This document shows, piece after piece, positions 1 through 12,190 of a stretch of 64,000 nt of DNA (its first letter is position 1; each line of letters starts with the position of its first letter). Source of the DNA: Paraspadella gotoi (taxonomy: Eukaryota; Animalia; Chaetognatha); assembly GCA_051294375.1 (NCBI GenBank), contig CM119265.1:17449172-17513171 (forward strand). Reading direction: 5' to 3'. The notes below the pieces were generated by a model. It ran no database searches, was not told the DNA's origin, and saw only the letters and a program-made list of their open reading frames with translations. The position numbers were made by a program, and so were the translations under genes.

Positions 1-812
1 TATAGAGTCGGGATCTGCTGATAAGATGCTCCGACTAAAAAAAATGTTCAAAATAAATACTTTTAAATGTTTTTTCAAAAGCCGCCATAACCGCGGTCGG
101 CGAAAGTAAAATTTATCTGCAAAAACTATAAAAATATAGTACGATGATGATGATGGTGATTTTTAAGGGTTTGGTTTTTATTTGACCCACTTATCATCGA
201 AATATTGAAAAAGGCATTGTGTAGACAACTGTTTATCTGAATCCGTTGCTTATTCATTGATAAATATTTAAATGCTTCAATATTATACTGTGCTTCACTA
301 ATTAAAAAAGTGAGAGTAATTATTGATGAAGTATATGATGGACCGCATGACCGTTTAAAAAATATACGTAACATAAAAGAGTGAAATAAATTTAAAACAA
401 TCATATAACAAATAATATAAAATATGCGAAAATATCTTATTTCCAACTAACGAATAATGGATCAATGAAAAAAATGTATATTACTGTGAAAAAAAGTATG
501 TATTACTGCGCAAACTGAGACTCGATGCTAGAGGGAAAGCAAAATTCAATGGATTAACAAACCACCAACCGGTGATAGCTAAGATTGGTTCCAGTCGTCG
601 AATAGTAAAGTTACCCATAAAATATATATTAGGCATTGTAAAAATGTCACTGAAATTTGTGATTTACAAATATGCTGTTTAATATTAAATTTTTAGTGGT
701 TTTTTTAGCTGGGTTTTTTGTTTCGTTTTTTTTGGGGGGGGGTATTAGCGGGTTTTTTTGAGCCAACCCTTTCAACATTAGAACTTACCATTTAAAATAA
801 ACATCGTTTCAG

Positions 813-1109
813 GTTAAAACGGCAGCTTGTGCAGCGTTCCTTTATCTATTGTACGAGGGCTACCTAACATCATGTGATTCTTCTATTAAAACCCAAGTGT
901 ATCAACTGGTTAAGTTTCATCAAGTTGTTCCTCTTGAAGTTAGAACATGCGATGAGGTATTTCATTGGTCTGAGGCTTTATTTAGCCGCGATTTATCTGA
1001 TTTACCAACGCAAGAAAGTCTAAACGTCTCAATTGAAGACCTTCCTCAACCCGATGATTTTATCTTTAATGCTCCAACTCTTACCTCGTGGTTGTTGCTG
1101 CCAGATTAA
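813..1109 (+). CDS. Terminal coding exon of an upstream gene (unknown product)
   Basis: Acceptor CGTTTCAG ends at 812; the frame is open from VKTAACAAFLYLLYEGY to WLLLPD* (TAA 1109). No recognisable motif. Confidence 0.55.
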   Translation, partial: VKTAACAAFLYLLYEGYLTSCDSSIKTQVYQLVKFHQVVPLEVRTCDEVFHWSEALFSRDLSDLPTQESLNVSIEDLPQPDDFIFNAPTLTSWLLLPD

Positions 1110-1327
1110 AAAAAGTAAAATTTGAGGCTATATTCGTATATTTTTAATAAATTTCCATTTTGTTCGTCGTTATAAAAAATTAGCCACTATTACCATTTAT
1201 TAGTAATTGATATTAGTAATTAATATACTTTAGTTTTGATCTTTGAGTAACATTTCTGCAGCTCAAGCAAGGTAAAAGTTTCTCGAAATAATTATTTCCT
1301 TTTTTTATATGATATATCTTCCCCCTT

Positions 1328-2628
1328 TTGTCACGAAACCCTGTTCCCGTCGTATCCGTTAGTGGTCACGAATTGGAAAAAAACGAATCCAAAAAAGACT
1401 GCGATGAAAATAGAAGAACCACTTTGCGCGTTTCCCTTGGCCAGTTGCAAGAAAAGATCACTGAATACGAATTGAATGGAATCCTCGCGAAACAACTGGC
1501 ATTGTCTGGTGTCATTGTCTCTCGTCGTGGCGAGGATCTTTTGGTTTCTATGGAAACTCAGTATTGTGAGCAGGTTTTATCTGGCCGATTAACTTTATTA
1601 TTTAAAGATAAGATTTTAAATTTCGAAATTGACGATGTGCACAAGTTATGGACATTGAAAATAAAGGCCACGCGTGAAATTGATTTCAACGAAATTCGTG
1701 GTTATTTTGAAAAAATCTCGGGAGTTATTTCTATAGAAAAATTATCTTCCAACTCTTTAATTTCGGCATTCGTTTATTTTTCGAGCAAGGAAACAATTTC
1801 CAAGTTTCTTAATGAAACGGAACCCATAGAGGCCTTTGAATGGAGAATCGCGACTAGAAACAACGACAAATTGTGGAAAAAACCATATTGGTTGATAAAA
1901 GATCGGAAACTACCTTATTTGATTTTGATAAAAATGCTCAATGATGTGGCGAAGCAGAAGCTGGATTCTGTATTTTTCGTGCACCTAAACCTTTATCAAG
2001 ATGGCGGAAATATTGTTTTCGAAGGTTCCGCTGAAGACTGTCTCAAAACACATATCGAGCTCAATTTCGACATCGGAAAAGTTGATGTGCTTGCGACTGA
2101 AAAGATGCCCAAATCACAATTGAACGACATAACGTCAGGGAGCCACGATGCGGGCTTGTATCTATACTTATATAGTATTCCCAGTCTAAAAGGTATCAAG
2201 TCAATATTAATAACGGAAATATCAAAAATCGGTCAAGTTATGGATCTTCGGTTCGAAAGCACAGACGCTGCTTGTCTCGAGTTATCAAACAAAGAATCGT
2301 GGAACGCTTTACTGTCAAAAAAAGAGCTGGAAATAAAAGAAGGATCACGAACTTACCATGTTTTGATTAAATCTGAGAGGCCCTGTTTTCGGCTGCATGT
2401 TGCGATATGATTTTGGACGCTATTCAAATAACCGGCCACCTTGATCAATTAGGGGAGGTTGTTCGATTTTCTTTGTTACCAAACCCCATGTGCGCGCACG
2501 TGGACATAAAGCCGCGAGGTTCGATAACGCTTCCCCATAAATTTTTTTTCGAAAAAGATCCTTTAATTATTATTGATATTTATATTATGATGCCAGTTCT
2601 CCGTAAAAACCTTGTTTTCTTTTTATAA
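1328..2628 (+). CDS. Intronless divergent multi-RRM-like protein, apparently frameshifted near 2407
   Basis: Repeated beta-alpha-beta patterns (TLKIK..EIRGYFEKISGVISI..SAFVYF; LYLYSIP..ISKIGQVMDLRF..ACLEL). Overlapping ORF 2407-2628 (LDQLGEVVRF..AHVDI) looks like the rest of a further RRM. Start codon uncertain. Confidence 0.5.
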
Positions 2629-3015
2629 CTTAATTTAGTTAATGGCAATAGGTAAAAAGTTAAGATTTTAAAATATTGTTAAATACTTTCTTTGAATATT
2701 TTGGTATAATTAATTAGCATGGTTAAAGAAAGAATACGAGTAAAAAATAATCTTTATTTTCACGTATGTCTGCAAGAACATATTTGGCTGTTTACTTGTG
2801 TTGTACTTTTGAGATTACTTTATTTTTGTGATAAAAATTATATTGCTGTCGTAACAATCCCTTTACTTAAAAAGGGAAACTGCCATAAAACACAAATTTT
2901 ACTTTCATCCGTTCCAGTCCAAATTTTAATATTTCTGCAATTTCTGTTGATGTTTCGCTATTTATCTTTCGTTTCAGATTTCAATTAACATTTGGAAACG
3001 TGTTTAAAAGTTGTT

Positions 3016-5835
3016 ATGGCAACAAGTGATCACTCGGAGAACGAAGCGGGAGAGATCAAAAGCCCCGCTTATGCGAGCGATGACGAAAGCGACTCTGATT
3101 TGACAGACTCTGAGAACGAAGACGACGCGCTGGACATCAAACCTCCCCAAGCTCATGTGCCCCCGCCTCAGCGAGATTCTCGCGACAAAGAACGACGGAA
3201 AGTCCTCGGTTCCCATAAGAGAGATCGGGACCGCGGAGGCGGCGGGACTCATCAAAGACTGGCTTCGTCGGGATCCTCAAGAGGAAGGATCGACCGAACG
3301 GAGAGACCGCGAGAGTCGAACCGCGGGCGTGACGACGATCGGTGGTTAATGGATCGCGGCCGAGGCGGCGGCAGCAGCGGCGGTAGTGGGGGCGAAATGC
3401 GCGGCAAAGAGTACAATCGGACCAGAGACGACTTTCGTCGTGACCCTCGAGATGTCAGGGATTCGCGAGATCCCCGGGACCCGCGCGACTACGATCGTTT
3501 GGATAATGAAAGAGAAAGAGACCGGGAACGCCGGGCTCTGGAACAAAAACGGATTGAGCTGGAGCGGGAGGTTATCCAAAAAGATCGAGAAGTCACTTCG
3601 TGGCGACAACAGATGGCGGAACGTCTACAGAGCGCCGCCGCATCGAACCGGGCGCTCTCCAGCGCCTCGGGCCCGCCGCGAATCGACAGAGGCGGGCGGA
3701 AAACCGAAAGGGATCACCGCGGCGATCTTCGCAGGGAACTGGATCGCGTGAGGGAGGAACGATCTAGTTCCGGCGGGAGAGAAAGGGAGAGCAACCGCGT
3801 TCGACTCTCTGATGGAAAGAGAACCCGTTATGAAGAGGAACCAGCGAGGATGAGGGAAAAACGTGAGAGGAGCCGGTCTCCAATGCGTCCAGCCAGGACC
3901 GTAGAGTACGTCGATGAAGAATTCCCCATCGAGAAGGGTCCGATGACACCGCCACACCCTCCACCAGTGGCCCCAGCTCCGCGAACGCCGGAGGGCACGC
4001 CACCCCGAGACGATGATGATGACGAAAACGTTCACGAACACGAACTTTCTCTTTCGCCGGGACATTCCTTCATCGACGAAGACGAGCGAGAACAACACGC
4101 GTTGAACCGACGGGAATCCCCACGCGACGACTTTGACCGAGATAGACAGCTAGAGCACCTCTACTCTAGTCAGAACGAGGATGAAATCTTGCCGTTGGAG
4201 AAGAAAAAATATCCTCTGGAAGACACGGGCTCCGATTCCTCCAGCGACGAATCCGCGCCCGTTTCTCGACACAAGGAAAAGAAAAAGAGTTCGAGTAAGA
4301 CGAAGCAAATCACCCCAACTCCGTCGCCTAGACTGGAAGAGGCGAAAAAGGACGAAAGACGAGATCGCCATCACAAAACTCATAAGAAAGAAAAAAAAGA
4401 AAAGAAAAAGAAAAGAAACCTCTCGCCCATCAAGCCGCCCTCGACTCCTGGAACCCCCGTCGAGTCTTTGCCCAGCGACGTCGAGGAAAAAAAGAGGAAG
4501 AAGAAAAAGAAAGCCGAAGACACGGAGCCGGAACCCGTCGTGGAGCAAAAGAGCGAACCCGAGAATGTAGATCCTCCGCTTAAGCTGGAGGAGGGATTGA
4601 GGGGAGAAGTCGCCGACGTCATGGACGAGACTCCTCCGGCATCTCCACCTCCGGTTTTGCTTCCTCCCTATTATCCTGCAATTCAAGGTTGCAGAAACGT
4701 GGATGAGTTCAAGTGCCTGAATCGAATCGAGGAGGGAACCTTCGGCGTGGTCTACCGTGCCCTGGATCAGAAGAACGAAGAAATAGTTGCTCTTAAGAGG
4801 TTGAAGATGGAAAAGGAAAAAGAAGGATTTCCCATCACGTCTTTAAGAGAAATCAACACACTGCTCAAGGCTCAACACATGAACATCGTTACCGTACGAG
4901 AGATCGTGGTGGGTAGTAACATGGACAAAATCTATATCGTTATGGATTACGTCGAGCACGATCTAAAAAGCCTCATGGAAACTATGAAGCAACCTTTTCT
5001 CGTGGGAGAAGTTAAGACACTGATGATTCAACTTTGCAAAGCCATCAATCATCTCCATGACAACTGGATCCTTCACCGGGATCTGAAAACTTCTAACTTG
5101 CTTTTGTCTCATAAAGGCATTCTTAAAGTTGGCGACTTTGGTCTCGCCCGAGAATACGGTTCTCCCTTGAAACCCTACACTCCGATCGTTGTCACTCTTT
5201 GGTACAGATGTCCCGAACTCTTGCTTGGTGCCAAGCAATATTCGACTGAAATTGATATGTGGTCGGTTGGGTGTATTTTCGGCGAACTACTCCTTATGAA
5301 ACCGATTTTTCCGGGTCGTTCGGAGATTGATCAACTTAATCGGATCTTTAAAGATCTTGGCACGCCCAGCGAAAAGATCTGGCCCAAATATGGGGAGCTG
5401 CCTGGTGTAAAAAAAATGTCGTTCGCGCAGCATCCCTACAATACGCTCCGCAACCGTTTCGGCGCCGATCGTCTATCGGACAACGGATTCGATCTCATGA
5501 ATCGTTTCCTCACCTACGATCCTACGAAACGTTTTACTGCTATAGAGGCGCTTAAGCACGCCTACATGAAAGAATCCCCAAAGCCTATCGATCCTTCGAT
5601 GTTTCCTACGTGGCCCGCGAAAAGCGAGATAGCCTCTTCGAAAGCCAAAGGCGCCGCCGTGGCTCCTGGACCGACTGCCGAATCTTCTCCCAAGCCTCCG
5701 TCCGGTGGTCAACAGTTCAAAGCCCTCGCAGATGCGATCGACGACAACCTTGGTGGCAAAGATCTTGGATTCGCTATCACAACTGCCAAATCTGGCGCTG
5801 CTAAACAGGGTCTCGGATTTACGTTGAAGTTTTAA
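3016..5835 (+). CDS. CDK11: Cyclin-dependent kinase 11 (PITSLRE, p110-like), intronless CDS
   Basis: RE/RD-rich N-terminus; kinase motifs [41 protein letters not shown]; C-terminal FPTWPAKSE and GFTLKF. Confidence 0.97.
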   Translation: MATSDHSENEAGEIKSPAYASDDESDSDLTDSENEDDALDIKPPQAHVPPPQRDSRDKERRKVLGSHKRDRDRGGGGTHQRLASSGSSRGRIDRTERPRESNRGRDDDRWLMDRGRGGGSSGGSGGEMRGKEYNRTRDDFRRDPRDVRDSRDPRDPRDYDRLDNERERDRERRALEQKRIELEREVIQKDREVTSWRQQMAERLQSAAASNRALSSASGPPRIDRGGRKTERDHRGDLRRELDRVREERSSSGGRERESNRVRLSDGKRTRYEEEPARMREKRERSRSPMRPARTVEYVDEEFPIEKGPMTPPHPPPVAPAPRTPEGTPPRDDDDDENVHEHELSLSPGHSFIDEDEREQHALNRRESPRDDFDRDRQLEHLYSSQNEDEILPLEKKKYPLEDTGSDSSSDESAPVSRHKEKKKSSSKTKQITPTPSPRLEEAKKDERRDRHHKTHKKEKKEKKKKRNLSPIKPPSTPGTPVESLPSDVEEKKRKKKKKAEDTEPEPVVEQKSEPENVDPPLKLEEGLRGEVADVMDETPPASPPPVLLPPYYPAIQGCRNVDEFKCLNRIEEGTFGVVYRALDQKNEEIVALKRLKMEKEKEGFPITSLREINTLLKAQHMNIVTVREIVVGSNMDKIYIVMDYVEHDLKSLMETMKQPFLVGEVKTLMIQLCKAINHLHDNWILHRDLKTSNLLLSHKGILKVGDFGLAREYGSPLKPYTPIVVTLWYRCPELLLGAKQYSTEIDMWSVGCIFGELLLMKPIFPGRSEIDQLNRIFKDLGTPSEKIWPKYGELPGVKKMSFAQHPYNTLRNRFGADRLSDNGFDLMNRFLTYDPTKRFTAIEALKHAYMKESPKPIDPSMFPTWPAKSEIASSKAKGAAVAPGPTAESSPKPPSGGQQFKALADAIDDNLGGKDLGFAITTAKSGAAKQGLGFTLKF

Positions 5836-5996
5836 GAAAAAAAAAGTCACGTACATTCCTTGTTTAATTCGGCTTGTTGTTGGCTGTTCAAGTTATTGGT
5901 GTAACTTTTTATTTCAATTTTCCACAAAAAAGTTATATTGTCTTATTTTTAAAAAATAGGTTACTCAATCTTTACCGGCGTATATTTCTTTACACA

Positions 5997-7741
5997 ATGT
6001 TGAACCCTCGCATCTATTGTTATAAACTGAATTCGATTCAGTTGTCCTCCGCCTTAGTGTTTCATGGATTGCGACAACGAACTTCGGCAACACTACGGGA
6101 AAGCAAAGATGGAAAAAAGGACATCGATCTTATTGACGAAGACAAACAAGGTTATCAATTTGTTTAAGACCAAATGTCTCTTTTACTGCAGCTGCTATTA
6201 TAAATTGTCATAATTTTTTTCTAAAGACATCGCGCAAAAATTTCGACCCTTAAATGTGAAAGGAAAAAAAAGTACTAAAACAAAACGAAGCGAATATTTT
6301 GATTTAACGGATCCCCCACGAGCAAACAAGATGGAGCCGGATCAGGTATAGGCAAAAATTTTTACTGAAGTGCACTTCATGATTCTTATTGCGAAAAAAA
6401 CCTTGAGGTGGTCGTAGGGAATCCAAAATTATCTGAATACTTGATATAAGATATTGATAATAATAGATTTATCTTAGGATTGGACGAATGTGTGGCCCGC
6501 CGCTGGGGTTTTTCGTCACTCGTCCGTACCGATTCCTGTTCGAATGGGCGTGGCCAGATCAAGGATCGAAAACGAAGGCGTGCCTCAACACAAATCGGTC
6601 AACTTGGAGCTCATGAAAGTCTCTAATTTTCTTCATCTCACCCCGAAACACATCGAAAAACACTGCCGCGTCCTGAAGCAGTTCTGCACCGACTGGCCCA
6701 AAGGTAAATGTTAAGATTTAAATTTTACTTGAGTATTAATTTAGATTAAACATAAAATGTTTCTGTAGGTTTAGAAACAGAAGAAGACTACGACAAACAT
6801 TTCCCTGTCGAAGTTACGACTCGGGATTTCCTTTACAACTGGAGTCTGAGGGACGAAAGATCAAGAATAAATGTGCTGAAAGGTTTGCGGAATACTTTTC
6901 AATTAAGGTTATAACAATTATAATTAACAATTATTATAATTAACTTTCCCTTTCTACAGTAAAACTTTCCAGCCTAGACTTGGACTATCACGCTCGTGAC
7001 AAATTAGTCAGGTTAGCCGAGGGCCGGATGATTTTCGCTCCGACTCCGGAGGAAGAAGAGTTGAAGAAGACTCAGATCGGCATCGCGGGGGACACTCCGC
7101 GGAACCTTAGGAAGGAGGCACGATGGTTGAGGAATAACAAAACTATGTTGAACGAGCAACGAATGGGCCCCGACGGCAAGCTTTACTGGCGCCGCCGCAG
7201 AAGGTACGGCTGGTGGAACTTGAAAAAACACTGGCTGCATCCCGAGGTTCACGCGCTGCAGGAGCCTCTACCTGAGAAGACTCCCATAGCCAGCTATGAT
7301 TACGAGACGGATACACTCACCCTTCACACTGAACGATGTCCGACAAGGAAGCAGAACTACGATCATGCCATCTATCTCTTGAAAGTAGGTTTCACTTTTA
7401 TTTTCTTATGATTACTTTACGTTTTCTTTTGTCATAAAATATTATTTTCCTCCGTTCAGGCTCTTTTTGGTGAGGCTTGGCAAACGGAGGATTGGGAAGA
7501 GAATAAAACGTGGGATGATTTAGAAAAATTCATCTGGGAAAAAGGGCCAACCAAAGACGTCGGGGTTCAAATGTATCGCGCGGCCCACAAATGCGATGCT
7601 TCGGAGGAAGAAGTCTTGGCCAAGCCAGAAGTCCAAGAGTACAAGTTGGCATTGGAAGAACTAGTCAATTTTGGCGCCAACGACAAGAGGATGGCACGAT
7701 ACCGAGCAGCTGTCAAACATATCTTGAAAATCGACGACTAA
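5997..7741 (+). CDS. MRPS35: Mitochondrial 28S ribosomal protein S35 (mS35), multi-exon
   Basis: [63 protein letters not shown], last exon [13 protein letters not shown]; GT-AG introns. Confidence 0.93.
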
Positions 7742-7873
7742 TTTTTTAATTGTTTTCAGCAAAAAAGTTGTTTTTGCAGTTTACCCTTTGAGGAAATCGC
7801 GAATATATCGAGCTTATTTATTATTTGAAATTTCTATCATATGATTGTTATCTTGTTCATCTTCGTTTCGAGG

Positions 7874-9954
7874 ATGGGGTCCCAATCGGAACCCGTGTTT
7901 TTTATGGCCGCCCATGCGGGCCTGGGTCTCATGGAATCGGCAATGCCTTTTCTTGAACGCGGCGCCTCAATCTTCCTCTACCGATGGAATCCGCATGCCG
8001 AGGAGATTCGCGACTACTTTGCGTTGAACTACTCGGACAAAGTCAGAACCTTCGATATGACTCTCGATTCCTTGATCCGGGAAATCGCAGCTGAAGAGCG
8101 CGAAATTGTTATGCTTATGACAGCTTCGCCTGCTTACGAATTCGGCGCCGCTCAACAGCGACTTTTTAAAATTTTGCAACAAAGATTTTACTCCAAGATC
8201 GTTGACGTCTACAAGGTGGGGCACTGCATGTACGGTTGTACCAGCCACTCTCACGACGACGCCTGCAATTTTCCCGTTTCTTATTCGAGATTTTTCCGAA
8301 AGACGTTGCCCTACGACTCTGATACAGTGACTGCAAAATACTTTGCAGGAAGTAGTGACTCAAATTCTGCCTTAAATGTTTTTGTTTGTCCTTCCTACTC
8401 CTGGAACGACAAGACGTATGCCAAGACTTCATTACTTAGCAACCTCTCTTCGATTGAGGTTTTAAAAGAGCTGCACCAGGACGGCGCCGATGTTTGCGTC
8501 AAGTTCCACCCTATCTGCTACGCCTACACTCACTTGGCGAGCGAGGTGGAGGCCGAGGGATCCTCTCATCCTTTTTTGTCGGTTCCGCCCCAGGATGAGG
8601 CGGGGTTGCGTCGTTTGATGCAAACACTGCCAACGGTACCGGCGCATGAGACCTCCGCCCTACCTTTTTTCCAAACGTGCGATGTCGCCGTCTGCGATCT
8701 CTTTTCTTCGATGACGTTCGAGGCGCTTTATTTTCACCCTAAAATTCATGTCTTCGCTTTTGCTGGAGAAGAAATCCCCCAGTTCACTCCTGATCCGCAG
8801 ATCAAAATGTTGGTCCATATTTTTCACGACGGTCACGAGTTGAAGCGCCTCTTGAAGCTGGCGGAGAGTGGTGAGCTGGAACGCAGGAACTTGCCCGACG
8901 GATCAAATGGTCGCGACTTTTTCAAGGACAAGTACCAAGAACCGGATGGGATGGAAGTTGAGAACGTCGGGCGCATTCGCCGATGGCCCGGATTCATCGA
9001 GGCCAGCGCGAAACGCGACATCGTTAATGGCGACCTTCGTGATGTCCTCGCGGAAGAGCTTCTTGTCGAATATCGACAAAGCATCCGTTTTCCATCGAAA
9101 CTGCAGTCGATGGTCACCGGTCAAACTCTTTCCGAGATCGAGCTCGAATTGGCGTCCGATCCTCTCCGCTGCTTCGTCGAAGATCATCGGCCTCAGTTGC
9201 GATCGATGAGTCTTCCAAAGTCCCTCTGGCACCGACTCTTCCTCAAACTGCGCGACGAAATCTTCGACGCCGGCGAGCGTTTTCAGATCCAAATGGAGAC
9301 TGACGAGGATGGAAACCATTTAGGATACAGAGTTTCGGCGCTGGCAAGGATGGACGCAGACGAGGACGTATTTCTCGTGGATCACGCGATGACATGGACG
9401 GAGGAGGCAGAGGCCTTTGAGGTGTTGAGGGCAAATCCGATTTTGTTGCAGAGGATCGAGTCGTTAGTCGGGATCGAGATTTGCGAGGAAAGTGCCGCCG
9501 CGTCAAGAGTGGAAAGACTGATGAAGACTCTGTCTAGGGAAGCTGAGAGCTATATGGCGCGCGGTGAGTCTATATAAAGTTTGGAGCCAAGAACGGTAAT
9601 TCAGTCATTCAAACATACTGACCGACCGACAAAAAAGTGACTTATTGAGTTGCTCCGCAAGTACTTGTGGCGCAACAAAAAAAAAATTAAACCTTGGCAA
9701 GACTTGACAAGTAAATTTTTTGTTTAACCGTTTTAATTTGTTCTTCTTCCGCAGGATCTGGGATAAATCAACAAAAGATCAACTTCCTAAACGATGAGTT
9801 CGGATCGAAAATCCGCAAGATCGCTGACGACGACGACGAGGGGCAAGCGAGGAATGTCAACCTCGAAGCCTTCTACTACGTGTATCAAAGGATAGCCTTT
9901 TCCGTATTTTGGCCCAGAAAGAGAATCGAGCAGGACGAAGAAATCTTTCGATAA
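7874..9954 (+). CDS. Fusion protein: GT-B/CDP-glycerol glycerophosphotransferase-like domain plus TTLL12 N-terminal SET-like domain (no TTL ligase domain)
   Basis: Exon 1 to ~9563 (GTGAGT donor), exon 2 from 9755 to TAA 9954. C-terminal part matches TTLL12 (FVEDHRPQL..LWHRLFLKL.DEIFDAG, VFLVDHAMTW, DEFGSKI, AFSVFWP..EEI). N-terminal part has VGH, CPSYSW, VKFHP and CDVAVCDLFSSMTFEAL motifs. Confidence 0.8.
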
Positions 9955-10133
9955 TCTCTCGTTCTTCTTGCGGAGCCTTAGGTTTGCGAAGATTGTTTAT
10001 AAACTCGTTATTTTTATGAAACTTCGAATTATAGTCTCTCGTTCTTTGTTTTGAACGACGTGTGATAGTTGTTTTTAACTTTGAGTTTAACGCCAAATTT
10101 TTGTACGTTTTCTAGGATTATTATTGACTAACA

Positions 10134-12017
10134 ATGGCCTTTTTTCTGGTTAAAAATAACTTTATCGTCGTCGTTTCTGGAAATGAATTTCGGCTTTTCG
10201 ATACAGCAACGACGACGATTGTCGCCCGCATCAGTTGCGAGGAACCACCCGAATATTCTACTGACGCTGAAAAAAATAAGGTATAAATATATCATTTTCA
10301 ATTTCTCACAGAGGGAAAACGAACAAATTCACCAAATTTTACTTTCCTTCCGTACCAGGTTTTCATTTTCTTTTTTCCCCTTTCCCCACTTGCGCTTTTG
10401 GTTATCACCTCCCTGTTAAATTCGTTTTGTTTACCACTGCCGTTTACATCTCCAAACTAAAAAAAGTGTCATGCCATCTTACGCCCCTTTTAGGATAATT
10501 TAAGACTCAATGGTGGAAATGTTTCGTTTTAATATGTAACTGGTTTTTAAAAGATTTCAAATCAAATAACGCATATCCGGCGCTTGTATCCTTAACAGTT
10601 AACTTTTTCATACCTTTTAGAACGAGGAAAACGGGGAAGTTTCTTCGATCCCTGGCCAAATCTTGTCGGCCGTCATCTCTCAATCGGGGCGCTTCCTCGC
10701 AGTCGCTGACGACCACAAGCGACTCCGGATCTGGTGCCTCTCCAAAAAGTCAGTTATAACTTTTTTCTTTGAAAACCAAGAAGTTTCTTCCTCATTCGTT
10801 TAGGACTTTCATTTCGGAGGTTTTATAATTTCTTTTTCCGTATTCCCAGCCCCCTTTTTTTGATTCACGACTCGGCCGTCGCCCGCAGAATAACGGCCAT
10901 CGCATTCACACCGGATGAAAATTTTGTTTTAGTCGCGGACAAAAACGGTGACTCCTACTCTTGGCCGGTATTGGATGTCGACTTAAAAGCTAGTGAGACT
11001 GTCAAAGCGGAATCGCCTCGTAGGTTGGTCGATATCGCTTAAAACGGGTAGTTCGAGAGGAATTTAAGGTTTAACGTTTCATTCTAGAATTTTGGGTCAT
11101 CTCGGAATGCTTCTAGACATAAAAACGTCAAACTGCGGAAAATACGTGATCACTTGCGATCGGGACGAAAAGATCAGAGTCTCGCATTTTCCTAACGCTT
11201 ACAACGTCAGAACCTTTCATCTGGCTCATTCGGAGTTTGTTTATCGGTAAGCGGCTTTTTACATCGTTTTTATTTTGTCGGTATGATAATCTAGACCCAT
11301 TTTATACATATTATTACACAGTTTATGCGTACCAAAGGATTCTGAAAAGTTTTTCTTCTCCGGGGGCGGGGATGGAAAAGTAATTTTGTGGAGTTTTGAA
11401 AGTCCAAAACCACTTATGGTCGTTAATCTCGGTCAAGGTATGTATTGTTTATTTATTCATTTGACCATATTGAATATTGACAAATTTTTTCGAAGCTACT
11501 TTTCCTTTTAGCTTTTCCTAAATTTACGGAAACTACTCTTCGAGTCAAGTGCTTAGAATATCTTGACTCTAAACTTTGCGTGGTACTCGATGAAAGCGAC
11601 GCCATTATCGTTTACGAGGCTATTTTCACGCCGACACCTCAACTTACTCTTCTCCAAACTCTCCTTATTGACAACGCCTGTGTGTTGGACATTAAGTTCC
11701 TCGGGAAGGAGAAATTAGCGGCGCTGCGATCGACGCCACCCTTTTTTCAATCGTTTCTGTTTGATGCCGAGAAGCGATCCTTCATTGCCGGCGACGATGA
11801 AGGAGGATTCCAGTTTATTGATTCCGACTTCATGGAGGCCGCGGCGAAGGTTTCGTCTCTTATCGGGATTCTCGAAAAATCTAAGATCGACAACATGAAA
11901 AGTTATTTGGAGACAAAGGAAAAGCGATTGACGGGTAATGTTGTTCGATGGGGGAAGAAAAAATCTGGCATGGGAGAGAAGGACGAAAACGTTGATGCGA
12001 AAAAAATTAAATTGTGA
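10134..12017 (+). CDS. WDR4: tRNA m7G46 methyltransferase non-catalytic subunit WDR4/Trm82
   Basis: Spliced exons: SQSGRFLAVADDHKRL, RRITAIAF..VLVADKNGD, ILGHLGMLLD..ITCDRDEKIRVS.FPNAY....F.LAHSEFV, FSGGGDG. Confidence 0.92.
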
Positions 12018-12190
12018 TGGAACAAGTGGGGAAAACTCTGAAATCCAGTGTTAATCATTGTTTTATTTAAATTAAGGTTTTGTTCTTGTTACTTTTGAGG
12101 AATTTGTTATGCATTTATTCTTTACAGAATTTTAACTAGTTTATTAGTCTTTACTAGTCCTTGTTTCGAACATTCGAACAAACGCTCGAA

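Noticed and set aside
3004-5856. Numerous antisense and alternate-frame ORFs over CDK11 and other GC-rich exons
   Set aside because: Expected shadow ORFs with no motifs or independent splice signals.
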